Positions 9,030 through 20,273 are shown, numbered from the stretch's first letter. The stretch is DNA of 64,000 nucleotides from Candidatus Nanohalarchaeota archaeon (GCA_017610385.1 JAFCCC010000003.1:5919-69918); one strand, 5' to 3'. Translations and numbers: made by a program. Notes: generated by a model not told the origin, from the sequence alone.

Positions 9030-10672
9030 ACAGTATTTATAGTATATGGCAAATAAATGCCTTCATTAAAAGTTCCTAAATACGGAACACCTACTGCTTC
9101 TGAACTAATTAATGTACTTTTTATTGAGCTTTCTTTTGTGCCTAAATATAATATTATTCCCCTTAATAAAGAATAATCTTCTGCATAGAATTCTTTTTTT
9201 GGAATTTGTACTACAATTCCGCTGCCATTATATACTCTTGTATTGGCATTGATCGTATAAACATTAGGATCCTCTGAGTCATGATAAAAGTAATTTTTTC
9301 TTTTTAATATTCCATAATCAGAGCTAATATTTTTAAAATAATAATCCGAGAAATAATACGGTTTCTTTGGTTTCAATTCTAGTGGATAAATTTTTATAAT
9401 TTCATAGGAATTTTTTCCAGAGGTTATAGTACCTCCTACACCATATCCAGAATTATTATCAAATATAGAATTTTCTGAGAAGTAGGCTTCATTGTAATTT
9501 GTTGATTTATTGGCTAAAACGATATTGTATGTTCTATTTCCTATATTTATGCTCTGTGTTAAATAAAAATTATCATAAGAATTTATTCCTGAAACATTCC
9601 ATCCCGCATAATACAAGATATCCGACCCTGATGTAAAATCTGTGTTAAAAGTATCTACTTTAATTGGAATATCATAAAAATATTTGCTAACATAATATCC
9701 TATTTGTTCTGGATCCTCTGACGAAACAAATATATTTTCAGTATCTCCGAATCCCAATATTTGCTTTTCAACATTAGTGAAATTAAATATTTCTTGAATT
9801 GGTTCATTCATTTGTGTCTCATTAATATTCTTAATTTCAATAATTGATTTATCTTGTAATAAAAAGTTCTTGATAGTTTCTACATGAGAAGTTAATTCAG
9901 ATAATGGAATTTCATCAATTAATAAAATGTCTTGATTAGAAAGTCCTTCATAATTGAGATTTAAGTTATCAATGGTATAAAATACATTAAAATATGGTGA
10001 AATAATTGATTTTAAATTATTACTTAATTCTTTTGAATATGTGGCATTAAAAAGAACCAATTTGTCTGTAATCGGGCCGATTTCATAATAATTACCATAG
10101 CATGAGTCATTGCTTACCCCAAATGTTTTTTTACATTTGAATACACCATTAAATTCATAGGGTCCTTCAAAAACGTCATTAAATTCTGTATCGTTATTCA
10201 AGTCAAAATTAACTGTATCATATTTTTCTTTATTATCTATTTGTGTATCTGAAACCACAAATCTAATTCCAAATATTTCTCCTTTGCGATACCATTCATT
10301 TTCTGAAGGTGGAAATCCTGTTCCTTCCCACGTACCTGCTACAGTATCTGCTATTTGAACTTGTTCTTCACGTATTAAATTCCCGATTTTGATAGATCTC
10401 TTTGGAACACCTCTAATATTTATATAATGTCCTGTGTTTGGAACCAAATCTGAAAATAAAGTTCCTAAAACGTCTAAATCCTTACTGACTATGACTTTTC
10501 CCAAAATTCCTGAATGATCTAAAGCAGTTAATAAATCTTCAGCTTCTTTTTGAATATGAACCCCCTTCCAATCGATAGTCTTGGGATTTGGGAAAATTGT
10601 TGATAGAAATACTAATAACAGTAAACTTCCAATAACAGCGTCTGTTGCATGTAGAAAGCCCTTTCTTACCAT
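9014..10672 (-). CDS. large pilin-like / adhesin-like protein
   Basis: RKG/FLHATDAVIG class III-type signal; many N-x-S/T sequons. Confidence 0.7.
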   Translation of the reverse strand: MVRKGFLHATDAVIGSLLLLVFLSTIFPNPKTIDWKGVHIQKEAEDLLTALDHSGILGKVIVSKDLDVLGTLFSDLVPNTGHYINIRGVPKRSIKIGNLIREEQVQIADTVAGTWEGTGFPPSENEWYRKGEIFGIRFVVSDTQIDNKEKYDTVNFDLNNDTEFNDVFEGPYEFNGVFKCKKTFGVSNDSCYGNYYEIGPITDKLVLFNATYSKELSNNLKSIISPYFNVFYTIDNLNLNYEGLSNQDILLIDEIPLSELTSHVETIKNFLLQDKSIIEIKNINETQMNEPIQEIFNFTNVEKQILGFGDTENIFVSSEDPEQIGYYVSKYFYDIPIKVDTFNTDFTSGSDILYYAGWNVSGINSYDNFYLTQSINIGNRTYNIVLANKSTNYNEAYFSENSIFDNNSGYGVGGTITSGKNSYEIIKIYPLELKPKKPYYFSDYYFKNISSDYGILKRKNYFYHDSEDPNVYTINANTRVYNGSGIVVQIPKKEFYAEDYSLLRGIILYLGTKESSIKSTLISSEAVGVPYLGTFNEGIYLPYTINTVWWYL

Positions 10673-11484
10673 AATGTAAATATCACCTCAACCATCTGAT
10701 TTTCCATTTCTGCAAATCTCCTAAAAACATATATTCTTTCATTTACTATGGTTGTTGTTCCTCCATAATCAAAATACGGTCTTTCTAAAATTAGTAATTT
10801 TCCATTTGAATTTTTGATGGTTTTCCCATTTTTTACATTAAACGTTAAGGAATTAAATGATATTTCAGAAGATGTCCAAGAAGGATCATATTCTGTGAAG
10901 GCACTAAAATTAGAATATTGGCTTACAAATACTCTATAATCTTGATTTTGTGTAGCAACTAAGAAATAAAATGTTGTCCCATTGATGATTTTAGTTCCAA
11001 AATGAATCAGGGATTCCGCATTAGCATAAAAACCACTGTTTGGTTCACCTGAAATTATAACTCCTTCTAGATCTCCCTTTTCAAAAAATCGCAGTGTTTC
11101 AATTATCACATATTCTTTTATATTGATCTGAAAATTTTCTTTTAAACCCAAGAGATACCGCAGTTGATTGTAATTTAAAGAACCTAATGCATTAATTTTG
11201 TTCGGATCTAATTGTTGAAATTCTTTAACTAAACCCACTACCTTTATATGATTTATATGGTTTTCCCAATCTGTTCCATTTGTGCTACTATTTTTCCAGT
11301 AACCAGAATCACTTAAAAGTACATCGGTCAATGCCCAGCCAAGATTTTCCATTTTATTTTGTTCTGTTGTAGCAACATATTTTGGTAATATTGAAAATGC
11401 AGTTGTAATTACGAAAATCAATGTCAGGAAAAAAAGAACTGCCCCTGCTGTAAATTCTATATTAATTTGCCCTTTTTTGTACAT
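10666..11484 (-). CDS. pilin-like protein
   Basis: KKG/QINIEF class III signal with E+5. Confidence 0.75.
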   Translation of the reverse strand: MYKKGQINIEFTAGAVLFFLTLIFVITTAFSILPKYVATTEQNKMENLGWALTDVLLSDSGYWKNSSTNGTDWENHINHIKVVGLVKEFQQLDPNKINALGSLNYNQLRYLLGLKENFQINIKEYVIIETLRFFEKGDLEGVIISGEPNSGFYANAESLIHFGTKIINGTTFYFLVATQNQDYRVFVSQYSNFSAFTEYDPSWTSSEISFNSLTFNVKNGKTIKNSNGKLLILERPYFDYGGTTTIVNERIYVFRRFAEMENQMVEVIFTLW

Positions 11485-11536
11485 GAATATAACCCTACAA
11501 ATTAATTGCTCTTTTTAGTTTATGTAATTTTCAAGA

Positions 11537-12439
11537 TTAGACAATTAAAAGATAAATTAGAACTCCTATTGTGGCCATTATAAAGGAATGTTTAAATCCT
11601 GCTGAAATTTTTCCAGAACCAACCTGACCTCCAACTAACCCATTAAATATACCTTGAATTAAAACCATCATTAGGAATAAGACCTTATAATAACAAAGTT
11701 TGTTTGCGGCGTTACCAAAGCCGAAAGTAGGACATAAATTACACATTGGTTTCGCAACACTCAAAGAACACATATTTATATTTGCACCGAACATTCCGTT
11801 AGAACCCAGACTTGCTCCCAACATTTTTTCTATACCTAGCTTATATAGCACAATAATTATTATAACAAATACAAAATATATTACATAGATAATAACAACT
11901 TGCTGACTTAACATCGCTTTTCTTTGAACTTCTGCTTCTTTGATGCTAAGAACGTCCCTTGAAATTGTTTCTATTGTTTTACTAATATTTCCTCCTGAAT
12001 TATATGATTGAAGTAAAACCGCCAGAGAACGTTTAATTAATGCACTATCTTCCATTTTTTTTGCCAGACGCTCTAAAACTTCTGGTAATGGAATTCCCCA
12101 TGAAATTTGATTTGCACTTTTAACAATTAAGGGAGTTAATCTCCCATATGTTCTTTCTGAGGCCGCTTGAAATGCTTGTGGAATTGTTAGTCCACTTTTA
12201 ATGGATTCTGACAAATCTCTTAAAAACGCTGGAAAGTTCTTTTCAATATTTTCAATTTTTCTTTGTTTGAAATATATATAAAATCCATAAGGTAGTGCCC
12301 CACAAACAATTGCAGCTAAGAATAATGTTGAGCCAATACTTCCTAAACCCACTGATGATAAAACTATTGACAATATTATTAAAATGCCTCCGGCCCCAAA
12401 ACTTCCGTATTTAATTTTTTGATCTTTTGTCAATTGCAT
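11537..12439 (-). CDS. type II secretion F-domain pilus platform protein (TadC-like)
   Basis: FPAFLRDLSESIKSGLTI, YGRL, SGGNI; multi-TM. Confidence 0.88.
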   Translation of the reverse strand: MQLTKDQKIKYGSFGAGGILIILSIVLSSVGLGSIGSTLFLAAIVCGALPYGFYIYFKQRKIENIEKNFPAFLRDLSESIKSGLTIPQAFQAASERTYGRLTPLIVKSANQISWGIPLPEVLERLAKKMEDSALIKRSLAVLLQSYNSGGNISKTIETISRDVLSIKEAEVQRKAMLSQQVVIIYVIYFVFVIIIIVLYKLGIEKMLGASLGSNGMFGANINMCSLSVAKPMCNLCPTFGFGNAANKLCYYKVLFLMMVLIQGIFNGLVGGQVGSGKISAGFKHSFIMATIGVLIYLLIV

Positions 12440-13333
12440 TTAATCCACCGGTGATATACTTTTTACTAGTAAAATAAACATGAGAGAGGCTAATGGTAGT
12501 AATATAAAAATACCTACCAATTGAATTGATAAAATTGTAGCATAACTTCCTAATACCATTGTGCCCATTATTGCAGATAAAACCATCATGAATACTGAAC
12601 CCACAATGACTAATGTAATGTAAATTTCTACAAATAAAGAAAGTGTTCTAGAAAATTTTTCTAAATCTCTCATATACCCATTCATTAAATTTCTAGAGTG
12701 TTCATATAAAAAATCTCGTAAATTCCCCCCAGAACTTAAAATATTGTGTATACCCCATAATAATTCTCGGAATTTAATACTAGGTGTTCTTTGTGCAGCT
12801 CTTTTTAATGCGGTATTAATATCTTCTCCAAATGAAGTTATATCTCGTGAAATTCTTTTACATTCCTTTGAAACTTCGCCGTATTGCTCAAATTGTGCTA
12901 ATAGGTTAAAAATCGCTGCTGGGGGAGTTCCTGTTCCAGCTAATGTAGATAAATACATTGTAGCAAATGGCAGGCTATTGTCTATTTTTTTACGTCTATT
13001 GCTTATTTTTAAAGAAGGATAAATATAAAATCCCATAAACGTAAGTGACGCTAAAACTATGCTTATGAATAGACCAGCAATTAATCCTGAAATAATTCCA
13101 GATAATCCTCCAACAATAATTCCTACAATTACACTTATAATTGGAACTAGAACTACAAAAGAAAACGCACTACTCACGATTGCAGTTGAAATATACTCTA
13201 TTAAAGATAATTTAATGTCTGCTTGTTTTAATTCTTCTTTAATATCTTGAAAAAGAGGCACAAGCTTTTCTGAAATTCCTTTCGTTGTCTTATAAGCAAA
13301 TTTTGTATAAAAACTACTTTTCAAAGCTCTCAC
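12440..13333 (-). CDS. type II secretion F-domain pilus platform protein (TadB/C-like)
   Basis: LPFATMYLSTLAGTG, YGEVSKE, TPS, SGGNL. Confidence 0.88.
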   Translation of the reverse strand: MRALKSSFYTKFAYKTTKGISEKLVPLFQDIKEELKQADIKLSLIEYISTAIVSSAFSFVVLVPIISVIVGIIVGGLSGIISGLIAGLFISIVLASLTFMGFYIYPSLKISNRRKKIDNSLPFATMYLSTLAGTGTPPAAIFNLLAQFEQYGEVSKECKRISRDITSFGEDINTALKRAAQRTPSIKFRELLWGIHNILSSGGNLRDFLYEHSRNLMNGYMRDLEKFSRTLSLFVEIYITLVIVGSVFMMVLSAIMGTMVLGSYATILSIQLVGIFILLPLASLMFILLVKSISPVD

Positions 13334-13336
13334 CTC

Positions 13337-15205
13337 TTATGCGTTATTAACAACGTCCATGACTCTTTTTGGATCCTGATAATAATAACTCAAAATTTTT
13401 CCAACTTGGGTATATTCTTGAATCCCTTGTTGTTTCATCCATTCTAATACCTTTTTTCTTCTAACAAGTTCTCCTTGTAATTTGGCAGCAGCAACACCGG
13501 TTTCATGAGAGATTTTAGATAATAATCTACTTTCTTTTCGAGCTCTGAACGTATCTGTAATTGGATCCCATTTAAAAACAGTATTTGTAACTGGCACATT
13601 TTTATTTCTATCGTATTTTATAATTTCCATAATATTATGAACTTTTCTTACTTGCTTTTGGTTTCGTCTAACTGAGCCAATAAATATGATTAGATCCAAA
13701 CTTGCGATTAATGAAGGTGATAATTCAATTGGTTTTGTGGTTAATCTATTCATAACCTTATCAATAGAGGATGCGTGAATCGTTGAGAGTCCAGGATGAC
13801 CTGTAGCGATCTGTTGAAATAGAACGTATGCTTCTGAACCTCTTACTTCTCCCACAATAATGTAATCTGGTCTTTGTCTTAAACTTTCTTTTAATAAATC
13901 ATCTAGGGTTACTTCTCCCTCTCTTTCTCCACCGAAACCAAATCCAGATCGTGCTACTTCTGGAACCCAATTTGGGTGTGGTAATCTTAATTCAGGAGTG
14001 TCTTCTATGGAAATGATTTTAGATTCTGGTCTTATAAACAGAGAAAGTGCGTTTAATAAGGTTGTTTTGCCTGATGCAGTTGGTCCCGCAATCATAATTG
14101 ATTTTCCTTTATCAATTGCAATCCATAAATACGCCAACATAGTAGCGCTAATTCCTCTATAATTCAGTAAATGAATGGGGGTTAGTGGTTTTTCTGTAAA
14201 TTTTCGTATTGTAAAATTAGAACCCCGTCTAGCGATATCTGTTCCCAGAGTCGCTTGTACTCTTGAACCATTTGGGAGTGCTCCATCTAATAGCGGATTC
14301 GCAACAGAGATAGATCTTCCACATCTTTGAGCTAGTTTGATTACAAAAGAGTCCAATCGTTTATTATCCGTAAACATTATGTTTGTTTTTACTGAGGATA
14401 TAATTGGATTTCTATGATAAACATATACTGGTATTCCAGTTCCATCACAGCTGATATCTTCTAAGTTAGAATCATTCATTATTGGCTCTATTTTGCCCAA
14501 CCCAATAAAGTCTCTGAATGCATAATAGATAAGAACTTCTTTATCTTTCTCAGTAATTTTGAATCCATAATAATCTAAAATTTTGTTGATTCTTTCCTCT
14601 AAAAACTTTTTAGATTCACTCTTTTTTAGTTCACCGAAATCTACATCAAGTGTTTCTTTTAAAATTTCCTCTACTTGTTCTAGTAATTTTTTGTTCTTTT
14701 CAGAAAGATTCGGTTCAACTAAAAAATAATTTAATTCATTTTTTTTAGAATTATATTTAATCTCAGTATACGCTTGAATTTTTTCCCCATCTTTTGGTTT
14801 CTTTGGTATTAACGGGTATTTTAAATTAACAGGGATTCTTTTAGGGAGTTTTAATTCTGGAACATCTACATTTATTTTAGTTTCAGAAGGAATTTCTATT
14901 CCTTTTACATATTCTTCTTCATAATAATTTTCAAAAAACTCTTCTTCTTCTTTTTCGCTGGGCGATTGTTTTGTAGGTGATGAAATAGGTGTTGGAGTGT
15001 GCTTTTGTTTTTTTGGTGGGGTTTTTACAGATTTTTCTCTAATTGCGGTTTTTTGAATGTTTCTTTCGACTGGTGGCGCTTCCATAATAATTGTATGCGG
15101 AACCGTGAGTGTTTCTTCAGAACTCATCAATTTAGATTTTCTTAATTCATTACTCCTTCTCAATTTTTTAATTAAAATACCGATATCAAAAGTACTTTCT
15201 ATCAT
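13337..15205 (-). CDS. type IV pilus / archaellum-family secretion ATPase (VirB11/TadA/FlaI-like)
   Basis: GPTASGKTT, IEDTPEL, LRQRPDYIIVGEVRG, TGH. Confidence 0.95.
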   Translation of the reverse strand: MIESTFDIGILIKKLRRSNELRKSKLMSSEETLTVPHTIIMEAPPVERNIQKTAIREKSVKTPPKKQKHTPTPISSPTKQSPSEKEEEEFFENYYEEEYVKGIEIPSETKINVDVPELKLPKRIPVNLKYPLIPKKPKDGEKIQAYTEIKYNSKKNELNYFLVEPNLSEKNKKLLEQVEEILKETLDVDFGELKKSESKKFLEERINKILDYYGFKITEKDKEVLIYYAFRDFIGLGKIEPIMNDSNLEDISCDGTGIPVYVYHRNPIISSVKTNIMFTDNKRLDSFVIKLAQRCGRSISVANPLLDGALPNGSRVQATLGTDIARRGSNFTIRKFTEKPLTPIHLLNYRGISATMLAYLWIAIDKGKSIMIAGPTASGKTTLLNALSLFIRPESKIISIEDTPELRLPHPNWVPEVARSGFGFGGEREGEVTLDDLLKESLRQRPDYIIVGEVRGSEAYVLFQQIATGHPGLSTIHASSIDKVMNRLTTKPIELSPSLIASLDLIIFIGSVRRNQKQVRKVHNIMEIIKYDRNKNVPVTNTVFKWDPITDTFRARKESRLLSKISHETGVAAAKLQGELVRRKKVLEWMKQQGIQEYTQVGKILSYYYQDPKRVMDVVNNA

Positions 15206-15628
15206 TTAAATCTCCAAAGTTATTTGTTCTCCTTTTAAACTCAATGTAGCCTTTTTAACTGTGCTTTCTACAGACCCCTGTAGATTATATTTGTTTTCTA
15301 AACCAAAAACTGAGCTTATATAGGTTTTATTGTTTTTTGTTTGTATAAATATCCCCTTGGAATTTAGTTTCAAAAGATATTCATTTCCACCAATAGACGG
15401 TGGAAGGCTAAATTCAATTTTACCTGTTGTATTTGTCTCAACTAATTCAAGTATATTTGAAGAGACAATTTGTCCTAGTATTCTTAGTTGTTCATCTCCT
15501 GTCTGATTTTTCGCTTCTTTTTCAAATACCTGAAATACTGCTAAAAAACTAAATGCAATTATTAAGCCCAGCGAAAATAATATTATTTCCTCAACAACCA
15601 AGTATTGGCCTTTTCTTTTTTTTATCAT
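15206..15628 (-). CDS. pilin-like protein
   Basis: RKG/QYLVVEEII plus hydrophobic helix. Confidence 0.7.
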   Translation of the reverse strand: MIKKRKGQYLVVEEIILFSLGLIIAFSFLAVFQVFEKEAKNQTGDEQLRILGQIVSSNILELVETNTTGKIEFSLPPSIGGNEYLLKLNSKGIFIQTKNNKTYISSVFGLENKYNLQGSVESTVKKATLSLKGEQITLEI

Positions 15629-16254
15629 AACATCTGAATCGAAACCCTAATCTTTCTTAAATCTCCTTGTGTTTTAGAAGCTGACGGAACGATTTCCTCC
15701 CCCTCATACTTAATAACTATTCGATATTTGCCACCAGTTTTCTCTGTATCGCCCACTGCTTCTAATGAAATTATTTGTCCTTTATTCGAATTTACATCTT
15801 CTAGTTCTCTGAATTCTAATCTAAACTCATTTTGGTATTGATTTGTGATTAGTCTGGCTTTGGCAAGCAAAACTCCTGGACGATCTTCTCCTAAAAGTCC
15901 ATATCCTTCTGGTAAAATGAAGGTTCCCTGAGTATCATCTTCATTTAATGCAACCCAATCTGTTGTTGCGACATACGCTGCTTTCGAATTTGTAATATAA
16001 TTTATGCTGTTATTTTCTGTATCCAATCTTAAAAACCCATCTACCTTAAATTCAACAGTTCGAGAACCTTTATTTATTGAAACGGTTTCAATCTCATTCG
16101 CAAGTTCCTTCAGACTCGAAATTGCGATATTAATACCATTTACATCTTGGTTTTTTTGAAGTAGCGGTACACCCCACAAATATGCAGATGCGATGCCCGC
16201 AGCTAAAATACCAACTAAAAGAATTGCACTAACAACTTGAACTTGCCCTTTCAT
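15625..16254 (-). CDS. pilin-like protein
   Basis: MKG/QVQVVSAILLVGI. Confidence 0.75.
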   Translation of the reverse strand: MKGQVQVVSAILLVGILAAGIASAYLWGVPLLQKNQDVNGINIAISSLKELANEIETVSINKGSRTVEFKVDGFLRLDTENNSINYITNSKAAYVATTDWVALNEDDTQGTFILPEGYGLLGEDRPGVLLAKARLITNQYQNEFRLEFRELEDVNSNKGQIISLEAVGDTEKTGGKYRIVIKYEGEEIVPSASKTQGDLRKIRVSIQML

Positions 16255-16302
16255 AGTGTAAATTTAACTTATCTAGCATAAAAACGTTATCTTTCTACTT
16301 CT

Positions 16303-16779
16303 TTATTGTGCCTGGCAAGTTGTTTCAATTTCATAATCTGCTTCTGGGAATCTCAATAAAATAGAAGAATAATATTCTCCCTCAATAAAATCATCATTCA
16401 TAGTTATGGTAACTTCACCAGTATATCCTCCTGGCGTTTGAGCCTCTTTCCAAGCAGCTGAATCACTTATATACGTTTCATTTACCCTAGTTCTGGTTAA
16501 CGAAGTTACTTTTCCACCAGAATTATAAACAATAATGTCGAATGGGATCATATCTACAGGTCTTTTTCCAGAATTAATTAAGATTAAGTTTAGATTAGGA
16601 GTTCCCGCCTCACAATCACTCTGTAAAACTTCTAATTTAGTTTCAAGTCGCTTTATGGTGGTTGTTTTTAAATCGTTTTGAATATGCATTATCCAAACAC
16701 CCGCAGCACCGGCTCCGGCCACGGTTATCATTAGTAAAAGAATAATTGCTATTACCGGCGTTATACCTTTTCTGTTCAT
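16303..16779 (-). CDS. archaeal type IV pilin
   Basis: RKG/ITPVIAIILLLMITV, canonical archaeal pilin N-terminus. Confidence 0.88.
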   Translation of the reverse strand: MNRKGITPVIAIILLLMITVAGAGAAGVWIMHIQNDLKTTTIKRLETKLEVLQSDCEAGTPNLNLILINSGKRPVDMIPFDIIVYNSGGKVTSLTRTRVNETYISDSAAWKEAQTPGGYTGEVTITMNDDFIEGEYYSSILLRFPEADYEIETTCQAQ

Positions 16780-16798
16780 TTTTGCCCCTTCCTTCCTT

Positions 16799-17365
16799 TC
16801 AGATTAATTGATTTCCTATGGGTTTTTGAGGAACTTCTCTATGTTTTTGTAATGTAGTAGGTTTAAAGAAATCTCCTCGTCTTTGAGTTGCATAAAGTCG
16901 TCTTAGTCTTTTATCTAGTTTTTCTAAACCAGAAGCCATATTTGTATTAGATTCTTTTATGCCATCTACCATTTTTTCAATGTGATCTGAAACCTCTGTT
17001 AATTTATCTGCAATTGGATTAATTATATTTGTTCCTAGCTCTGAAGTAACTTCTGATTCTAAAGACGTTTCAGACGCTTCTTTTAATAGATCCATAAATG
17101 AATTAAGATTATCTACAACAGAATCCATTTTTGCAGTCAGGTTTTCCACATTATTTCTTAATTGAGTGTTGCTTTCGACCATATCATTAACAATCTTCTG
17201 ATTGGATTTCATTATGTCTAAAATATCTCTTATAAGAGATTCATCTCTAGAAAGAGAATTACCACTTTCCAATTTTGTTAACCGATTTTCTATGCGTCTT
17301 AAGGGACCTAAAGGAACTACTTCGTATTCCTCTGAATCTAAATTGAGCTCCACTTCTTTTGCCAT
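16799..17365 (-). CDS. coiled-coil protein at head of pilus locus
   Basis: heptad-rich helical sequence; YEVVPLGPLRRIENRL. Confidence 0.7.
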   Translation of the reverse strand: MAKEVELNLDSEEYEVVPLGPLRRIENRLTKLESGNSLSRDESLIRDILDIMKSNQKIVNDMVESNTQLRNNVENLTAKMDSVVDNLNSFMDLLKEASETSLESEVTSELGTNIINPIADKLTEVSDHIEKMVDGIKESNTNMASGLEKLDKRLRRLYATQRRGDFFKPTTLQKHREVPQKPIGNQLI

Positions 17366-17494
17366 AAATATCTTTCTCCGAATAGAGTTATGTAAAAATC
17401 TTGGTTAGCGTGGTATAAATATCTTTGCTCCAAACTTCGAGAATTTAGTTACCATAGCGCGTTGTAAATAACCCAATAGCCTTTGTTTAATGGG

Positions 17495-18166
17495 TTACTT
17501 GATTATTTTCTCGACATGGCTCCAAATCTCTGAAAAAATTTCTTCTTTGCTTTTTAGAGTCCCATTTGCATTCATACATGCAATAACGACCCAATTTGCT
17601 CTTTCTTGTGCAATCTCTAAATAATTTTCATTTGCATTTATTTGAAAATTTAATGATTCCTCATGTATATCTCTTTTTAATCCTTTAAGATATGCTCTTA
17701 GATCTTTGTGAGCATTAAGTTCAAATGCTGTTGAAGGAGATACATTTAGAACAAAAACCAGATCTGCTTGAGGCAATCTTTCTTCCACCTTTTCAATCCA
17801 AGACACAGCAACTTTTCTTTCTTGACCAAAATACTCTAATGGTTGAAAACCCATATTTGATTGAGTAAATCTATTAGAAACTACGATTTTTCCTTCTGCA
17901 ATGGCTTCTTGATATTCATTTTTGAACTGATAACGGTCTATTGCATAAAGTAAACATCTTATTTCAAATGGAATTTCATCTTTTTTCCCAAAATCTCCTC
18001 TCAAATAGGCTGCAACCAATTTACCGAATTTTGTTTCATAAGATGGAAAATCCGCATAAATTACACTTTTATTTAATTCTTGCAGTTTTGTTATCAGCTT
18101 CTTGGCTTGAACTGTTTTACCAGATGCGTCAATTCCTTCAATAACGATAAATGTTCCCTTTCCCAA
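17495..18166 (-). CDS. tmk: thymidylate kinase
   Basis: FIVIEGIDASGKT, LLYAIDR, VSNRF. Confidence 0.92.
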   Translation of the reverse strand: MGKGTFIVIEGIDASGKTVQAKKLITKLQELNKSVIYADFPSYETKFGKLVAAYLRGDFGKKDEIPFEIRCLLYAIDRYQFKNEYQEAIAEGKIVVSNRFTQSNMGFQPLEYFGQERKVAVSWIEKVEERLPQADLVFVLNVSPSTAFELNAHKDLRAYLKGLKRDIHEESLNFQINANENYLEIAQERANWVVIACMNANGTLKSKEEIFSEIWSHVEKIIK

Positions 18167-18230
18167 CTCGAAATCCCTCTATTTTCTTACTTGTTTTAAA
18201 AGAATAAAAAGTTAAAGTCCATTGCAGACT

Positions 18231-19874
18231 TTAATATTCTGGAGGCATTCCGCCAGGACCCATATTGGGTGGCATTCCTCCAGCACCACGAGAACCAGAA
18301 GCTGCGATGATATCATCTATCCTCAATATTAATTCTGACGCTTCTGCTGAACTTTGGATTGCCTGTACTTTAATTTGCAATGGTTCAACAACCCCTTGGG
18401 CATATAAGTCTTCCGCCTTTCCTGTAAACACATTTACACCAGCCCAAAGCATTCCTGATCCATGTTTAGCTCTTAAATCCACCAATAGATCAATAGGATC
18501 TAAACCAGCGTTCTCTGCTAAAGTTCTTGGAATAATTTCTAAAGCGTCTGCAAATGCATTAATTGCTAGTTGTTCTCTTCCTCCAATTGAATCTGCAAAA
18601 GATCTTAATCTACGTGACAATTCAATTTCAACTGCCCCGCCACCCCCAACAATCTTTCCTATTCTTAATGAAGAAACAACTCCACCAATTGCATCTTCCA
18701 TTGCACGTTTCACTTCATCAACAACATGTTCTGTACTTCCTCTAACTAAGATAGTTACTGCTTTTGCATTTTTGCAACCCTTTACAAAAATCATATTATC
18801 TCCAGAAACTTTTTTCTGCTCAACAACGCCCGCGTATCCCAAGTCCGTTGGATTAATTGGCTCAGATAAAGATGTTAAAATAGAACCGCCAGTTGCTCTT
18901 GACAATCTTTCCATATCCGATTTTTTAACCCTTCTAACAGCCAAAACGTTATGTTTAGACAGGTAGTGCTGCGCTAGTTCATCAATTCCTTTTTGACATA
19001 ATACCACGTTTGCTCCAGAGGAAACAATTTTCCCTGTTAATTCTTTCAGAGTTTTTTCTTCTTGATCTAAAAATTCTTGTAATCTAGATGGATCTGTAAT
19101 CTGAATTTGTGTGTCTGTTTCAGTATCTTTAATTTCTATAGGAACATTTAATAGTGCTACTTTGGCGTCTTTAATCAAATTTGGCATTCCCGGATGCACT
19201 TTTTCTTTATCTATAACAACACCATCAATTAATTCTGTATTTTCTGTTGATTCACCTTGTTTTTTCTCTAATTTTATATTGTCCATATCAAATTCATAAC
19301 CATTTTCTGTTTGTTCTGAAACTTGTTTTACAGCCTTAACTGCAATCTGTGCCAAGTGAGTTTTGGACGTCTCTGCATTTTTTCCAGTCATAGCTGTAAT
19401 CGCAACATTAACTAAGGTTTGATCATCATTAAACGTTACTTTTGTACTAATTTCTTCCAGAATCTGTAAAGTTTTTTCTTTTGCTAGTCTATATCCGGAA
19501 GCGATAACTGTTGGATGTATCTTTTGTTCTAACAATCCTTCTGCTTTTTTTAGTAATTCTCCCGCAATAATAACAACTGTAGTTGTTCCATCACCAACTT
19601 CTTCATCTTGTGTTTTTGCAATATTTACCATCATTTTAGCTGCAGGATGTTCGACTTCCATTTCTTCTAATATGGTTACCCCGTCATTTGTTACAACAAC
19701 ATCACCAATTGAATCCACCATCATTTTGTCCATTCCTCTTGGACCTAGTGTGGTTCTAATTGCATCTGCAATTGCTTTACAGGCTGAAATATTATTTATT
19801 TGTGCATCTTGACCGGTTTGCCGTAATGCATCTTTGTCTAAAATAAAAATAGGTTGTCCACCAACTTGTGCCAT
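18231..19874 (-). CDS. ths: thermosome subunit (group II chaperonin)
   Basis: [28 protein letters not shown] tail. Confidence 0.98.
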   Translation of the reverse strand: MAQVGGQPIFILDKDALRQTGQDAQINNISACKAIADAIRTTLGPRGMDKMMVDSIGDVVVTNDGVTILEEMEVEHPAAKMMVNIAKTQDEEVGDGTTTVVIIAGELLKKAEGLLEQKIHPTVIASGYRLAKEKTLQILEEISTKVTFNDDQTLVNVAITAMTGKNAETSKTHLAQIAVKAVKQVSEQTENGYEFDMDNIKLEKKQGESTENTELIDGVVIDKEKVHPGMPNLIKDAKVALLNVPIEIKDTETDTQIQITDPSRLQEFLDQEEKTLKELTGKIVSSGANVVLCQKGIDELAQHYLSKHNVLAVRRVKKSDMERLSRATGGSILTSLSEPINPTDLGYAGVVEQKKVSGDNMIFVKGCKNAKAVTILVRGSTEHVVDEVKRAMEDAIGGVVSSLRIGKIVGGGGAVEIELSRRLRSFADSIGGREQLAINAFADALEIIPRTLAENAGLDPIDLLVDLRAKHGSGMLWAGVNVFTGKAEDLYAQGVVEPLQIKVQAIQSSAEASELILRIDDIIAASGSRGAGGMPPNMGPGGMPPEY

Positions 19875-20144
19875 AATTTAATCACCTCTTAGATTAAGCA
19901 TAAATTTTATTTTTGTATGAGAATAACTCGTGCGCAAATTTTTAAAGATATCCTTTTCTTTACGTTATACCTTTCGGTAATTTCTAAATAATACTTTAAT
20001 CATAAAAATATTTAAAGTAGTAGTACTATTCTAATGCTTCTTGATTTTTGGTTTTATTTAAAAACGATTAATCTTTTTCTTTCTTTGGCGCCTTTAATAT
20101 AAATTACACATTTAAATCTTATTCTTTGTATAAATTTTAATGAT

Positions 20145-20267
20145 GGACCCGTAGCTCAGCTGGTTAGAAATCTTTAGAGATTAGCTAGAGCGCCAGTCTT
20201 ATATGGCTTCGTTTTGTATGTTGCCGAAGTAAGCTGGAGGCCGTGGGTTCAAATCCCATCGGGTCCA
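20145..20267 (+). tRNA. tRNA-Ile(TAT) with two introns (22/23: 20168-20188; 37/38: 20204-20231)
   Basis: GGACCCG-TA-GCTCAGCTGGTTAGAGC-G-CCAGT-CT TAT AA-GCTGG-AGGCC-GTGGG-TTCAAAT-CCCAT-CGGGTCC-A; C4-G69 and A73 fit Ile; BHB-like junctions. Confidence 0.85.
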
Positions 20268-20273
20268 ATTAAG

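Noticed and set aside
18265-18966. 233-aa antisense ORF opposite the thermosome, and the many 60-130 aa overlapping ORFs in the track
   Set aside because: Shadow ORFs of conserved genes, with no motifs or independent expression signals
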